From: Candidatus Latescibacterota bacterium
GTDB lineage: Bacteria > Latescibacterota > CBDEFO01
Length of the DNA stretch: 64,000 nucleotides
Reading direction: 5' to 3'
NCBI GenBank assembly: GCA_965237525.1
Contig: CBDEFO010000004.1
Location: 352,001-416,000, forward strand
How positions within the stretch are numbered: the stretch's first letter is position 1; each line of letters starts with the position of its first letter. Positions 19,558-31,588 of the stretch are shown piece by piece. The translations under genes and the position numbers were made by a program. The notes beneath the pieces were generated by a model. That model was given only the letters and a program-made list of their open reading frames with translations. It had not been told where the DNA came from and did not search any database.

Positions 19558-21117
19558 ATGGAATTTCCGATACTGACATTCGTCATATTCTTTCCCCTTG
19601 CAGGAGCTATTATATTAGCCCTTTTGAAGGCTGAAAACGCAGGGGCCATAAAGTTGCTCGCCCTCACCTTTTCAACAGTTGAGTTTATCGGATCGCTGTA
19701 TCTGTTCTTCAAATTCGATCCCGACACACACCTCATGCAGTTCGTCCAGAAGTCCGAATGGATAGGAGAACTCGGCATCAACTATTACCTCGGCATAGAT
19801 GGAATAAGCCTTTTTTTGGTCCTTATAACTACATTTCTCGCACCTATATGCATTCTGGCATCGTGGACGGCTATACAGAGGAGCACAAGGGGCTTCTTCG
19901 CCTCACTTCTGCTTTTAGAGGCGGGGATGCTCGGCGTCTTTTGCGCCTTAGACATGTTCTTATTCTTCGTCTTCTGGGAGGCGATGCTTCTCCCTATGTA
20001 CTTTATCATAGGGATCTGGGGACACGAAAGGAGAATCTACGCGGCTATGAAGTTCGTGCTCTTCACGATGGCGGGAAGCGCCCTAATGTTGGTCGCTATC
20101 CTTGCGCTCTATTTTGCAAATCACACGGCTACAGGGCAATACACATTCGACCTTTTGAGTCTCTACGCCACGCCCCTTTCAAAGAACGCCCAGTACTGGC
20201 TCTTTCTGGCCTTTGCACTGGCTTTTGCCATCAAAGTTCCCCTATTTCCTCTGCATACATGGCTTCCTGACGCCCATGTGGAGGCTCCGACAGCCGGAAG
20301 CGTAATACTGGCGGGGGTGTTGCTGAAGATGGGGACTTATGGGTTTATAAGATTCTGTCTACCACTCTTTCCCGAAGCGTCTTTTTACTTTACGCCGTTG
20401 ATATGTGTCCTTTCTCTCATCGGCATAATCTATGGGGCACTCGTGGCAATGATGCAAAAGGACCTCAAAAAGTTGGTTGCGTATTCGAGCGTCAGCCACC
20501 TGGGGTTTGTGACGTTAGGGATATTTGCCTTCACGCCTGAGGGGATGTCAGGCGGGATACTTCAGATGATAAATCACGGCTTGAGCACAGGTGCGCTATT
20601 TTTGATCGTCGGCATGATCTACAATAGAAGACACACCAGACTGATCTCGGAGTTCGGCGGACTCTCAAGGCAGATGCCGATATTTGCCGCCTTCTTTTTG
20701 ATATTTACGCTGTCTTCGATAGGGCTCCCCGGACTCAACGGCTTTGTCGGGGAGTTCCTTATTCTCTTGGGGACGTTCGTCTCAGCGAACGACGGAGCAA
20801 TCGTATACGCCGTCATCGCCACGTCGGGAGTCATATTCGCTGCTGTCTATATGCTCTGGATGTTCCAGAGAGTTATGCTCGGAGGGATCACAAAGGATGA
20901 GAACAGGAGATTGAAAGACGTCAACATAAGAGAAATATTTGTGCTTGCTCCCATAGTCCTCTTTATCATATTCATAGGGGTCTATCCCAGACCGTTCTTG
21001 AGCAAAATGGAGCGCTCTGTGGAGCACGTTCTATACCAGGTCAGGATAGAAAAGAGTGCCTATGCGGACTATAGAGACCCGATTAAGGACACGGTTTCAA
21101 GTATCGGATCGAAATGA
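19558..21117 (+). CDS. nuoM: NADH-quinone oxidoreductase subunit M
   Basis: AFAIKVPLFPLHTWLPDAHVEAPT, LLKMGTYG. Confidence 0.96.
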   Translation: MEFPILTFVIFFPLAGAIILALLKAENAGAIKLLALTFSTVEFIGSLYLFFKFDPDTHLMQFVQKSEWIGELGINYYLGIDGISLFLVLITTFLAPICILASWTAIQRSTRGFFASLLLLEAGMLGVFCALDMFLFFVFWEAMLLPMYFIIGIWGHERRIYAAMKFVLFTMAGSALMLVAILALYFANHTATGQYTFDLLSLYATPLSKNAQYWLFLAFALAFAIKVPLFPLHTWLPDAHVEAPTAGSVILAGVLLKMGTYGFIRFCLPLFPEASFYFTPLICVLSLIGIIYGALVAMMQKDLKKLVAYSSVSHLGFVTLGIFAFTPEGMSGGILQMINHGLSTGALFLIVGMIYNRRHTRLISEFGGLSRQMPIFAAFFLIFTLSSIGLPGLNGFVGEFLILLGTFVSANDGAIVYAVIATSGVIFAAVYMLWMFQRVMLGGITKDENRRLKDVNIREIFVLAPIVLFIIFIGVYPRPFLSKMERSVEHVLYQVRIEKSAYADYRDPIKDTVSSIGSK

Positions 21118-22712
21118 TTATAGAGATCCAAAATAGTAGACAGCATACAGGGAGATTGCTTCGGGGTGAACCCCCTCGCAATGACAAAAGGGAGAGGTCA
21201 TTGCGAGGGGGTTCACCCCGAAGCAATCTCAAGAGAGGGGAAAGGCGGTGCCCCTGTCTACTGTCTACTGTCTACTGTCTACTTGTCCTTGCTGTACTTG
21301 CTCTGATCCTCCCCGTGGCGTGTGGGGCGAGCAGTGGCCAGGGGCAAGATCACACTGGAGCTGTACTCGGAAAGGTCTTGCCGCTGTGGTCTCTTATTCC
21401 CTTTGTCGGCTTACTTCTTTCTATCGCTATCTTTCCCCTTGCGGCTCCGATATTCTGGCATCATCATTTCGGAAAGATCTCCGCCGCGTGGGCTTTGATT
21501 TTTGCCATTCCCTTTACGGCTGCTTACGGAGGTGAAGCTCTGCGCGAAATACTGCATATATACATAATCGATTACATACCCTTTATTATACTCTTGTGGG
21601 TGCTCTTTACGGTCTCCGGCGGGATACTTGTGAGCGGTACTCTAAAGGGGACTCCCATCGTCAACACGACGATTCTGCTCATAGGCACAACAATAGCGTC
21701 CTGGGTAGGCACTACAGGGGCGTCAATGCTCCTTATCAGGCCTCTTATAAGGGCTAACGAACACAGAAGGAGCAAGTTGCACATTGTGGTATTCTTCATA
21801 TTCCTAGTCAGCAACATAGGAGGATCGTTGACTCCACTGGGAGATCCACCCCTATTCCTGGGATTTCTCCACGGGGTCGGCTTTTTCTGGACTTTCAACT
21901 TATTCCCGCACATGGCGTTCGTCAGTATCGTGCTTATGATATTGTTTTATATAATTGACAGTGTTCTATATGCACGCGAAAGACCTAATCCAACGGATGC
22001 AGAAGTAGAAGAACAAATCGAGAAGAAACCTCTGAGAATCGAGGGTCTTCACAACCTTATATTCCTTTTGGGAGTGATAGGTGGAGTCTTGATGAGCGGC
22101 CTGTGGAGACCCGGGGCTGTGACTCTGGCGGGAGTCCACGTGGAAATCCAGAATATCACAAGGGACATGACGCTGATAGTTATGGGGCTTTTATCTCTTT
22201 GGTTCACATCGAAAGAACTCAGAGTCGCCAATGGATTTACGTGGTTCCCCATAAAAGAGGTGGCGTATCTATTTGCCGGCATATTCATGTGCATAATCCC
22301 CGCTCTTGCCATATTAAAGGCTGGGACAGAGGGAGCACTGGGGTCTCTTATACAGGCGGTTAAAGAACCGTGGCACTACTTCTGGATTACGGGGATACTT
22401 TCAAGCTTCCTGGATAATGCGCCCACCTACTTGACGTTCTTGAACACAGCTCTGGGAAACTTCTTTCCCGGACTTCCTGAACTTGAGGCTGTGCATCTGC
22501 TCATTGAACGGCAGGAGATATACCTCAAAGCTATATCTGCAGGTGCGGTCTTTATGGGAGCAACCAGTTATATCGGGAACGCTCCGAACTTTATGGTTAG
22601 ATCCATCGCAGAGGAGAACGGAATAAAGATGCCGAGCTTCTTCGGATATATGATCTACTCCGTCATGATTTTGATGCCCCTGTTTGTGGTAGTTACATTC
22701 GTCTTTTTCTAA
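21114..22712 (+). CDS. Ion-transporter (IT/NhaD-like) superfamily putative Na+/H+ antiporter
   Basis: GTTGASMLLIRP, SNIGGSLTPLGDPPL, LSSFLDNAPTY, YIGNAPN; ATG overlaps nuoM stop. Confidence 0.8.
   Translation: MIIEIQNSRQHTGRLLRGEPPRNDKRERSLRGGSPRSNLKRGERRCPCLLSTVYCLLVLAVLALILPVACGASSGQGQDHTGAVLGKVLPLWSLIPFVGLLLSIAIFPLAAPIFWHHHFGKISAAWALIFAIPFTAAYGGEALREILHIYIIDYIPFIILLWVLFTVSGGILVSGTLKGTPIVNTTILLIGTTIASWVGTTGASMLLIRPLIRANEHRRSKLHIVVFFIFLVSNIGGSLTPLGDPPLFLGFLHGVGFFWTFNLFPHMAFVSIVLMILFYIIDSVLYARERPNPTDAEVEEQIEKKPLRIEGLHNLIFLLGVIGGVLMSGLWRPGAVTLAGVHVEIQNITRDMTLIVMGLLSLWFTSKELRVANGFTWFPIKEVAYLFAGIFMCIIPALAILKAGTEGALGSLIQAVKEPWHYFWITGILSSFLDNAPTYLTFLNTALGNFFPGLPELEAVHLLIERQEIYLKAISAGAVFMGATSYIGNAPNFMVRSIAEENGIKMPSFFGYMIYSVMILMPLFVVVTFVFF
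21135..21283. repeat. Composite repeat: heptamer arms around a perfect 34-bp REP inverted pair
   Basis: 21152-21185 is the exact reverse complement of 21197-21230; (CTGTCTA)x4 at 21254-21281. Confidence 0.9.
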
Positions 22713-22768
22713 GGAAAGCAAAAAGTAGGTAGTAGGCAGGGGGCGGATGTGCCCTGTCTACTGTCTAC

Positions 22769-24223
22769 TTGTTTATGGATGCCTCCATACCGGACATGAA
22801 CTGGACGATCATCTCGCCCGCACTGATAGTTACGGGCACGGCTCTTGTGGCGATGATCGCAGATATGATCTCTCCGAGGGGCAGCAAGGCGGCCCTGCTC
22901 AGTTTTGTAGGGATTATGTTGGCTATCTTTCAGTCCATCAGACTGTGGGGGAGTCGGGACATATCCTTCAGCAATATGGTCGCTCTGGACAACTACACCA
23001 TCTTCTTCAATATCATATTCCTCATCGGTACGGCACTTACTATTGGGATTTCCCTCACCTACGTCAAGAGGGAAAAGATAGACAGAGCAGAATATTACAT
23101 CCTTCTGCTTTTGGCAACGGTCGGGATGATGTTGTTAGCTGCGGGGACGGATTTGATCATGATCTTCTTAGGACTTGAACTTTTGTCCATTTCTCAGTAT
23201 ATTCTAGCAGGGTTCATGAGGCGCGAACCTGCCTCCAACGAGTCAGCACTGAAATACTTTCTTTTGGGCGCCTTTGCCACAGGATTCTTATTATACGGAA
23301 TGGCGCTTGTCTACGGCGGGTGCGGGACTACAAACCTTGGGGGCATAACCGATTACATATCGAGCACTACGGCGGCAGAATCCCCGCTCCTTTTAGTTGG
23401 AGGCCTTTTGATCCTCGTCGGCCTGGGCTTCAAGATAGCCCTCGTGCCGTTTCACATGTGGGTTCCGGATGTCTATGAGGGCGCTCCCACGGCGATCACG
23501 GCTTTTATATCCGCAGGCCCTAAAGCCGCAGGATTCGCCGCCCTTTTGAGGGTCTTTGTGCTCACGTTCGAGGTGATGCAAGGTGAGTGGATCGCGATAG
23601 TGTGGGTCATCGCCGCATTGACAATGACCGTGGGAAATGTAATAGCCATATCGCAGAACAATATAAAAAGGATGTTGGCTTATTCGAGCATCGCCCACGC
23701 AGGATATGCTTTGGTAGCGCTCGTGGCGTCGGGGGAGGAGGGCGTTTCAAGTCTTATCTTCTACCTTTTAGTCTATACGCTTATGAATATAGGGGCGTTC
23801 GGAATCCTGATAATGATGGGAAGAGAAGGAGCAGAGAACCTCACCTTTGACTCGTATTCGGGTCTCGGATTTAAACGCCCCGTGGTCGCCCTTTTGATGA
23901 CCCTTTTTATGATGTCGCTTGCGGGATTTCCTCCGACAGCAGGATTTATAGGGAAGTTCTATATCTTCAGAGCGGCAATAAAGGCAGGATTTACAGGACT
24001 GGTCATCGTCGCTGTTGTAAATAGCGTTATCTCAGTTTACTACTACCTGAGAGTTGTGGTAGTAATGTATATGAGAGAACCTGAGGAAGTTCCGATTTCT
24101 CAATCTTCTCCGGCTCTCTTATCATTGACCCTTGCGCTTTGTGCCCTCGGAGTAATCGGAATGGGCATTATGCCCTCGCGGCTTTTGGAATTAGCCGTAC
24201 AGTCCGCCCTGTCTATTATGTAG
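22769..24223 (+). CDS. nuoN: NADH-quinone oxidoreductase subunit N (start uncertain)
   Basis: ESALKYFLLG, GFKIALVPFHMWVPDVYEGAP, KRMLAYSSIAHAGY. Confidence 0.95.
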   Translation: MFMDASIPDMNWTIISPALIVTGTALVAMIADMISPRGSKAALLSFVGIMLAIFQSIRLWGSRDISFSNMVALDNYTIFFNIIFLIGTALTIGISLTYVKREKIDRAEYYILLLLATVGMMLLAAGTDLIMIFLGLELLSISQYILAGFMRREPASNESALKYFLLGAFATGFLLYGMALVYGGCGTTNLGGITDYISSTTAAESPLLLVGGLLILVGLGFKIALVPFHMWVPDVYEGAPTAITAFISAGPKAAGFAALLRVFVLTFEVMQGEWIAIVWVIAALTMTVGNVIAISQNNIKRMLAYSSIAHAGYALVALVASGEEGVSSLIFYLLVYTLMNIGAFGILIMMGREGAENLTFDSYSGLGFKRPVVALLMTLFMMSLAGFPPTAGFIGKFYIFRAAIKAGFTGLVIVAVVNSVISVYYYLRVVVVMYMREPEEVPISQSSPALLSLTLALCALGVIGMGIMPSRLLELAVQSALSIM

Positions 24224-24231
24224 GGTGAAGG

Positions 24232-24480
24232 ATGAACATAGATCAAAAGGGAGGATGGAGATTAGCGGGCGAACTTAGTGTTATAGGTCTGACGTTAGTC
24301 CTCTCCACAGCTATAGGATATTTCCTCGGCGCATGGGTAGGCGAAAGTTTGGGAAGTAAAACCTGGGGAGGATTTATCGGAGCGATCCTGGGGATCGCCG
24401 CAGGATTTATGCAGATGTTCAAGACGTTTAAGAAGTACCTGGAAGAATTAGATGCACAGAATAAGGATAAAGGGACATAA
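24232..24480 (+). CDS. AtpZ/AtpI-family small membrane protein
   Basis: 2 TM with GYFLG..LGIAAGF pattern; first gene of the atp operon. Confidence 0.75.
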   Translation: MNIDQKGGWRLAGELSVIGLTLVLSTAIGYFLGAWVGESLGSKTWGGFIGAILGIAAGFMQMFKTFKKYLEELDAQNKDKGT

Positions 24481-24901
24481 GGACTTCAAGCCCTTGGAAA
24501 TAGATGAGAACTTCCTTCTGAGGGTCTATCGGACGTCAATTTGGGTGGGGATATTTGCCTTTTTGTGGATATGGATTTACTTAGGACAAAGGGTGGCTTT
24601 AAGCTTCATCATAGGTGCGGCTGTGAGTCTAATATTTCTAAGGACTCTGGAATACGCAGTTAAAAAATACATAACTCCTCAAAAGAAAAAACCTAAACCG
24701 ATGATCCTCATAACAGCGTTGATTAAATTTCCTCTCCTGATGGTGCTTTTCTACTTTCTTGTAAAAGCAGAATGGCCGAACTTAGCGGCTTTGGTTGTGG
24801 GATTAGGATTGGTGCAGGCTATCATAATACTCAAAGCCTTCGGAATAGTACTTGTAAACGCAGTGAATTCGAGACCGATGAATAAGGAGAGATGTCCTTG
24901 A
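24452..24901 (+). CDS. atpI: ATP synthase protein I-like
   Basis: 4-TM protein immediately before atpB. Confidence 0.7.
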   Translation: MHRIRIKGHKDFKPLEIDENFLLRVYRTSIWVGIFAFLWIWIYLGQRVALSFIIGAAVSLIFLRTLEYAVKKYITPQKKKPKPMILITALIKFPLLMVLFYFLVKAEWPNLAALVVGLGLVQAIIILKAFGIVLVNAVNSRPMNKERCP

Positions 24902-25740
24902 ATATCAACAAGATCCTGTTTGTTATCCTCATAGCTATATCCGTAGTGACGGCGACAACCCCACTTTGGGCTGCCGAAGCTGAAGGACGTCACGAGGAAG
25001 AAGGCCACGAACACCATCACTCCTGGCTCCATATACTCAACAGGGGTCCTATAGCGGAAATATCAGAGAATCTGAAAGAACAACACGACCTCATACCGAA
25101 CACATATTTTATGATCCTGGTGATCGGCATTTTCGTTATACTGGCTACGAGGAACCTCAAGCCCCTTCCGGCAGGGAAGCTCCAGAACTTTATGGAGATG
25201 GTAGTCGGCGGGCTTATGGATTTCTTCACGGACATAGTAGGTGAACGCGGGAGAAAGTACACGCCCTTTATGGGATCGTTCTTCATCTTCATACTATGCC
25301 TTAATATATTAGGGCTCGTACCAGGATTCCAATCTCCCACAGCGGACTTGAATACCACACTTGCCATGGCCCTGGTCGCAATCTCAGGAGTTCAGGTCAT
25401 AGCCATAAAGGAGCTCGGTTTTATCCCATATATCAAGCACTTTCTGGGAGAACCTATGTGGCTCGGTCCCCTTATGTTTCCTCTGCACCTTATAGGAGAA
25501 CTTGCGAAAATTATGTCCCTTTCCATCCGACTATTTGGAAATATCTTTGGTGAGGACACGATAATAATCGTCCTTGCAACTCTTGCGGTAACTTTCTTGC
25601 CTATGTGGCTACCTGTCCCTTTCCAACTGCCCATGATGCTTTTTGGACTTTTCACAAGTTTAATACAGGCTTTAGTCTTTTCACTTTTGACAGCGATATA
25701 TCTTGCCACCTTTATAAGCGAACATCACGAGGAACACTAA
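24892..25740 (+). CDS. atpB: ATP synthase subunit a
   Basis: PTADLNTT, SLSIRLFGNI, IQALVF. Confidence 0.96.
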   Translation: MSLNINKILFVILIAISVVTATTPLWAAEAEGRHEEEGHEHHHSWLHILNRGPIAEISENLKEQHDLIPNTYFMILVIGIFVILATRNLKPLPAGKLQNFMEMVVGGLMDFFTDIVGERGRKYTPFMGSFFIFILCLNILGLVPGFQSPTADLNTTLAMALVAISGVQVIAIKELGFIPYIKHFLGEPMWLGPLMFPLHLIGELAKIMSLSIRLFGNIFGEDTIIIVLATLAVTFLPMWLPVPFQLPMMLFGLFTSLIQALVFSLLTAIYLATFISEHHEEH

Positions 25741-25904
25741 GAACATTCATTGCACAGGGATAGAAAGGAGGCATGCCCCGATAGATTCAATCGGGAACGT
25801 TATAGTAACTCAAAGCCAACTTTGAGGTATTCGAACCTCATTTGTAATGAAATATGTAGGAATCCAATGTACATCACCAAACTTTTCAAATCAGGGAGGG
25901 AAAG

Positions 25905-26186
25905 ATGCTCTACTTTGCAGTCTTAGCGTTCGCAGTGGGACTGGGACTTCCGATAGCTGTTCTTGCAGCGTCAACAGCCCAGGGAAGGGCCACCTCGACA
26001 GCGTTGGAAGGGATAGCTCGACAACCTGAGGCGGCAGGAAGGATTCAGCTTGCGATGATCATCGGATTGGCTCTGATAGAGTCACTTGTCATCTACTCGC
26101 TTTTGATGTTCTTCCTCCTGCAGGATCGACTGCCGAGCTATGAACAGGTTATAGAGATCATCAAAGCCACGGCTGCAGGAGGATGA
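25905..26186 (+). CDS. atpE: ATP synthase subunit c
   Basis: ARQPE loop, LIESLVIY. Confidence 0.96.
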   Translation: MLYFAVLAFAVGLGLPIAVLAASTAQGRATSTALEGIARQPEAAGRIQLAMIIGLALIESLVIYSLLMFFLLQDRLPSYEQVIEIIKATAAGG

Positions 26187-26273
26187 TCTGCAAGGCATCC
26201 GAGCCAACGTTGAAGCTGGTGTGATAGGGCAGAGTTGTAAGTTTTGCCCCATCGAACCCGGGGAGGGCAATTA

Positions 26274-26792
26274 GTGGAAGATTTATTTCACAACTTGGGA
26301 ATAGATCCCAGAGCTATAATCATCCAAGCTGCGGGCTTTTTGATAGTTTTCTTGATACTGTGGAAGTACGCCTTCGGGAAGGTGGGAGAACTTTTGCAAA
26401 ACCGCCAAAGCGGAGTCTTGGAAAGAACCCACAAGCTGGAAGAGGACCAGGCTGAGTTGGAAAGGCTTCAATCCGAAGTTCAGCGGCGTCTGGAGGACAT
26501 GGAGTCAGAGTCCAGGGTCAGAATGCAGGAGATAATAGAAAGAGCTGAGTCCGAAAGAGATAAGATGCTGGAAGAGGCTCGCCAGAAGGCAGAAAGTGAA
26601 TTGGAGCGAAATCGACGGGAGATAGAGCGAGATCAAGATACCGCTCTTCGGGAGATAAAAGGTACCGTAGCGGACCTTGCGATAACCGCCGCCGAGAGAA
26701 TTCTCGACGAGGAACTCGATGCAGATAGACACAAAAAGATGCTGGACTCTCTTATAGAGGGCATGCCCGAAGACAATTCACAACAACCCTGA
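26274..26792 (+). CDS. atpF: ATP synthase subunit b
   Basis: N-terminal TM followed by coiled coil; GTG26274 after GGGGAGG. Confidence 0.9.
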   Translation: MEDLFHNLGIDPRAIIIQAAGFLIVFLILWKYAFGKVGELLQNRQSGVLERTHKLEEDQAELERLQSEVQRRLEDMESESRVRMQEIIERAESERDKMLEEARQKAESELERNRREIERDQDTALREIKGTVADLAITAAERILDEELDADRHKKMLDSLIEGMPEDNSQQP

Positions 26793-26876
26793 ATATATGT
26801 CCCCCAAAAGGTCGCATGTGATAAAGTAGGAGCGAGATTACCTCGTCCTGCAGGGAATAGAAGGAGGCTTTTACAG

Positions 26877-27413
26877 GTGACTATGGCGAAGGTTGCGCGC
26901 CGCTACGCCCAAGCTTTCTTAGACGCGGCAGCGGAAAGAGGAATTCTTGAAGAGGTCAGATCAGATGCAGAGGGACTCCTGCAACTTTTGGAGGACTCAG
27001 ACGACTTTCAAAGCTTCCTCAAGAATCCTATTATAGAGACAAGATTCAAAAGACAGACCTTTCAGGAGCTATTCGAAGACAAGCTTAATCGGATCACGCT
27101 CAACTTCTTGTGCATCTTGGCTGATCAAGACCGGGAGAGCTTACTCAAGGAGATATTGCAGGAGTCACTGAGGCTTTTCGATGAGCGCGAAGGCATAATC
27201 GCCGCCGAAGTTAAGAGCGCAGTGGAGCTGACGGAAGAACAGAAGGAGCGCCTCGAAGAGAAGCTATCGATCTACTCCGGCAAAAAGGTCCGTGCCGAAG
27301 TGTCTGTAGAACCGTCTTTAAAGGGAGGATTCGTAGTCAACCTGCAGGACACCGTAATAGATGCGAGTTTGGCAAAACAACTTGAACTTATGAAAATGAA
27401 AATGATCGGATAA
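26877..27413 (+). CDS. atpH: ATP synthase subunit delta
   Basis: VARRYAQA, VEPSLKGG..VIDAS. Confidence 0.94.
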   Translation: MTMAKVARRYAQAFLDAAAERGILEEVRSDAEGLLQLLEDSDDFQSFLKNPIIETRFKRQTFQELFEDKLNRITLNFLCILADQDRESLLKEILQESLRLFDEREGIIAAEVKSAVELTEEQKERLEEKLSIYSGKKVRAEVSVEPSLKGGFVVNLQDTVIDASLAKQLELMKMKMIG

Positions 27414-27491
27414 AAGAAGTAGATGGCATACAGGGAGGGGAGAAGTGCTCTGCCTACTGTCTACTGTCCATTTTTTAAGGAGGTTCTGTAA

Positions 27492-29024
27492 GTGGCTATA
27501 AGAAGTCTGGACGTAAGACCCGACGAAGTCTCCAATATATTAAAGAAGAATATTTTGGAGTTCGATAAGGAAGTTGATGTCTACGATTCAGGGACTGTCC
27601 TTCAGGTGGGAGACGGCATCGCTCGTCTGCACGGACTTGCCAACGTTATGGCAAGCGAACTTGTGGAGTTCCCGGACGGCACTATGGGAATGGTGCTCAA
27701 CTTAGAGGAGGATAATGTCGGCTGTGTAATCTTCGGCGAGGATATACACATCAAGGAGGGCGACACTGTAAAGCGAACAGGCAGAATCGTCCAGATCCCG
27801 GTGGGCGAAGAGATGCTCGGAAGAGTCGTCAATCCCCTGGGAGAGCCTATAGACGGGAAAGGCGCGATTGAGGCTAAGGACTATTTACCAGTCGAACGCA
27901 AAGCCCTCGGAGTCGTCCAACGTCAGCCGGTGGTCCAGCCTGTCCAGACAGGGCTTAAAGCAATAGACAGTATGACTCCGATCGGAAGGGGTCAAAGGGA
28001 ACTTATAATCGGCGATAGACAGACGGGAAAGACCGCCATAATAATTGACACTATCATAAACCAAAAAAGCGAAGATGTATTCTGCATATATGTCGCCATC
28101 GGACAGAAGGCATCTTCGGTTGCAAAGGTCGCAAAGACGCTGGATGATCACGGTGCGATGGACTATACCATAATCATCTCAGCGTCGGCTAATCAGCCCG
28201 CACCTTTGCAGTTCTTAGCCCCCTATTCGGGTGCCACGATGGGAGAATACTTCAGGGACAGCGGAAGGCACGCCCTTGTAGCTTACGATGACCTTACAAA
28301 ACACGCCTGGGCCTATCGCCAGATGTCTCTGCTTCTGAGGAGACCTCCCGGAAGGGAAGCGTATCCTGGAGACGTCTTCTATCTTCACTCGCGGCTTTTG
28401 GAAAGGGCAGCCAAACTCAGCGACGACCTGGAGGGCGGATCACTGACGGCTCTGCCCGTGATCGAGACGCAGGAGGGAGATGTTTCCACGTACATCCCTA
28501 CCAACGTCATCTCGATTACGGACGGGCAGATATATCTGGAGCCTGACCTCTTCTACTCGGGCGTCAGGCCCGCCATAAACGTCGGCATTTCAGTCTCCCG
28601 AGTTGGGGGCAACGCCCAGATAAAGGCCTTCAGACAGGTAGCGGGAAGGCTGCGGCTCGACCTTGCCAGATTCAGAGAGGTAGAAGCATTCTCCCAGTTC
28701 GGCTCAGATCTGGACAGCGCCACACAGGCGCAGTTAAACAGAGGACAGAAGCTCGTTGAAATCCTCAAGCAAGATCAGTACGTCCCCATGTCTGTAGAAA
28801 AGCAGGTCGTAGCGGTCTTCGCCGGAAACCAAGGCTATCTGGACGACATACCGCTCGAAGAGGTCAAGCGTTTTGAGGCCGAATTCCTCCAATTTATGGA
28901 CGAAAACAAGCGTGACATATTAGACGAAATAGTCGAAAGGAAAGAGATCACGGACGAAAACGAGGAAAAGCTGAGAGCAGCCATTGAGGAGTTTAAAGAG
29001 AAGTTCCGAGTGCATCCAGCTTAA
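27492..29024 (+). CDS. atpA: ATP synthase subunit alpha
   Basis: [18 protein letters not shown]. Confidence 0.98.
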   Translation: MAIRSLDVRPDEVSNILKKNILEFDKEVDVYDSGTVLQVGDGIARLHGLANVMASELVEFPDGTMGMVLNLEEDNVGCVIFGEDIHIKEGDTVKRTGRIVQIPVGEEMLGRVVNPLGEPIDGKGAIEAKDYLPVERKALGVVQRQPVVQPVQTGLKAIDSMTPIGRGQRELIIGDRQTGKTAIIIDTIINQKSEDVFCIYVAIGQKASSVAKVAKTLDDHGAMDYTIIISASANQPAPLQFLAPYSGATMGEYFRDSGRHALVAYDDLTKHAWAYRQMSLLLRRPPGREAYPGDVFYLHSRLLERAAKLSDDLEGGSLTALPVIETQEGDVSTYIPTNVISITDGQIYLEPDLFYSGVRPAINVGISVSRVGGNAQIKAFRQVAGRLRLDLARFREVEAFSQFGSDLDSATQAQLNRGQKLVEILKQDQYVPMSVEKQVVAVFAGNQGYLDDIPLEEVKRFEAEFLQFMDENKRDILDEIVERKEITDENEEKLRAAIEEFKEKFRVHPA

Positions 29025-29048
29025 TCCCTATCTTCTGGAGAGGTCACA

Positions 29049-29915
29049 ATGCCCAACCTTCGCGCCATAAGGAGACGCATAATGAGCGTGCAGAACATCC
29101 AGCAGGTCACAAATGCGATGAGGATGGTCGCCGCCGCCAGGATGAGAAGGGCGCAGGAGAGGATGTTTGCAGCGCGCCCGTACTCCGGCAAGATAGATAC
29201 GCTCCTTAGACACCTGATATCCAGAGTCAAGACATCCGAGCATCCTCTTTTGGTAGAGCGCCCTCCCGAAAGGCCCGAAAGGATATGCCTTGTCGTGGTC
29301 ACGGCCGACAGGGGGCTCTGCGGAAGCTTCAACAGCAATTTGATAAGACGAGCTGCAACTCATATAGAAGAATACGGCGCTGCGAAGGTGAGCCTCATCT
29401 GCGTGGGGAGAAGGGGAAGAGACTATTTCACAAGAAGGGACTACGAAATCATAGGAGAGCACGTCAACATCTTCAACAACCTCGAATTTTCACACGCAGA
29501 GGCTGTAGTCGAAGAGGTAATTCCCCTCTACTCCGAGTCCCAATACGACAGAATAGATATCGTCTACAACGAGTTCAAATCCGTCATACAGCAGAACATA
29601 GTCGCCCAACAATATCTGCCCATAGTTCCCGAAGAACCTGTAGGCGACGAGCTTTTCATAGACTATCTATATGAGCCGTCCAAAGACGAAATTCTCGAAA
29701 GTCTACTGCCGCTGCATCTCAACGTCCAGATGTGGCAGGTGCTCCTGGAATCCAACGCGGCAGAGCAGGCGGCAAGGATGACCGCGATGGAGAACGCCAC
29801 CAAGAACGCCGGTGAACTGATAGATGAACTCACACTTTTCAGGAATAAGGTCAGACAGACGTCCATCACGATGGAGTTAGCCGACATCGTGGGAGGCGCT
29901 GAGGCGCTCTCGTAG
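29049..29915 (+). CDS. atpG: ATP synthase subunit gamma
   Basis: DRGLCGSFN, ARMTAM, RQTSITMEL. Confidence 0.97.
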   Translation: MPNLRAIRRRIMSVQNIQQVTNAMRMVAAARMRRAQERMFAARPYSGKIDTLLRHLISRVKTSEHPLLVERPPERPERICLVVVTADRGLCGSFNSNLIRRAATHIEEYGAAKVSLICVGRRGRDYFTRRDYEIIGEHVNIFNNLEFSHAEAVVEEVIPLYSESQYDRIDIVYNEFKSVIQQNIVAQQYLPIVPEEPVGDELFIDYLYEPSKDEILESLLPLHLNVQMWQVLLESNAAEQAARMTAMENATKNAGELIDELTLFRNKVRQTSITMELADIVGGAEALS

Positions 29916-30136
29916 GGACAGACTTATGTCTGAAATCAATAAGGCGTTATGAAATCTGGCGGAACATCCACTGCGAATTGCAAGTCTTACTGTCAGTCAG
30001 CAGAAGCAAGAGGACATTTGAGAAAGCTCAACAAATCTAAAGTCTGTAAAGGTAACAGAACTTTACATATTGGAAAATTGACTATATAGAACCAATAGAA
30101 AGGAGGGTGGCTCTCCTCTGATACTTGTCCCCATGA

Positions 30137-31585
<1,449 letters not shown>

Positions 31586-31588
31586 ACT

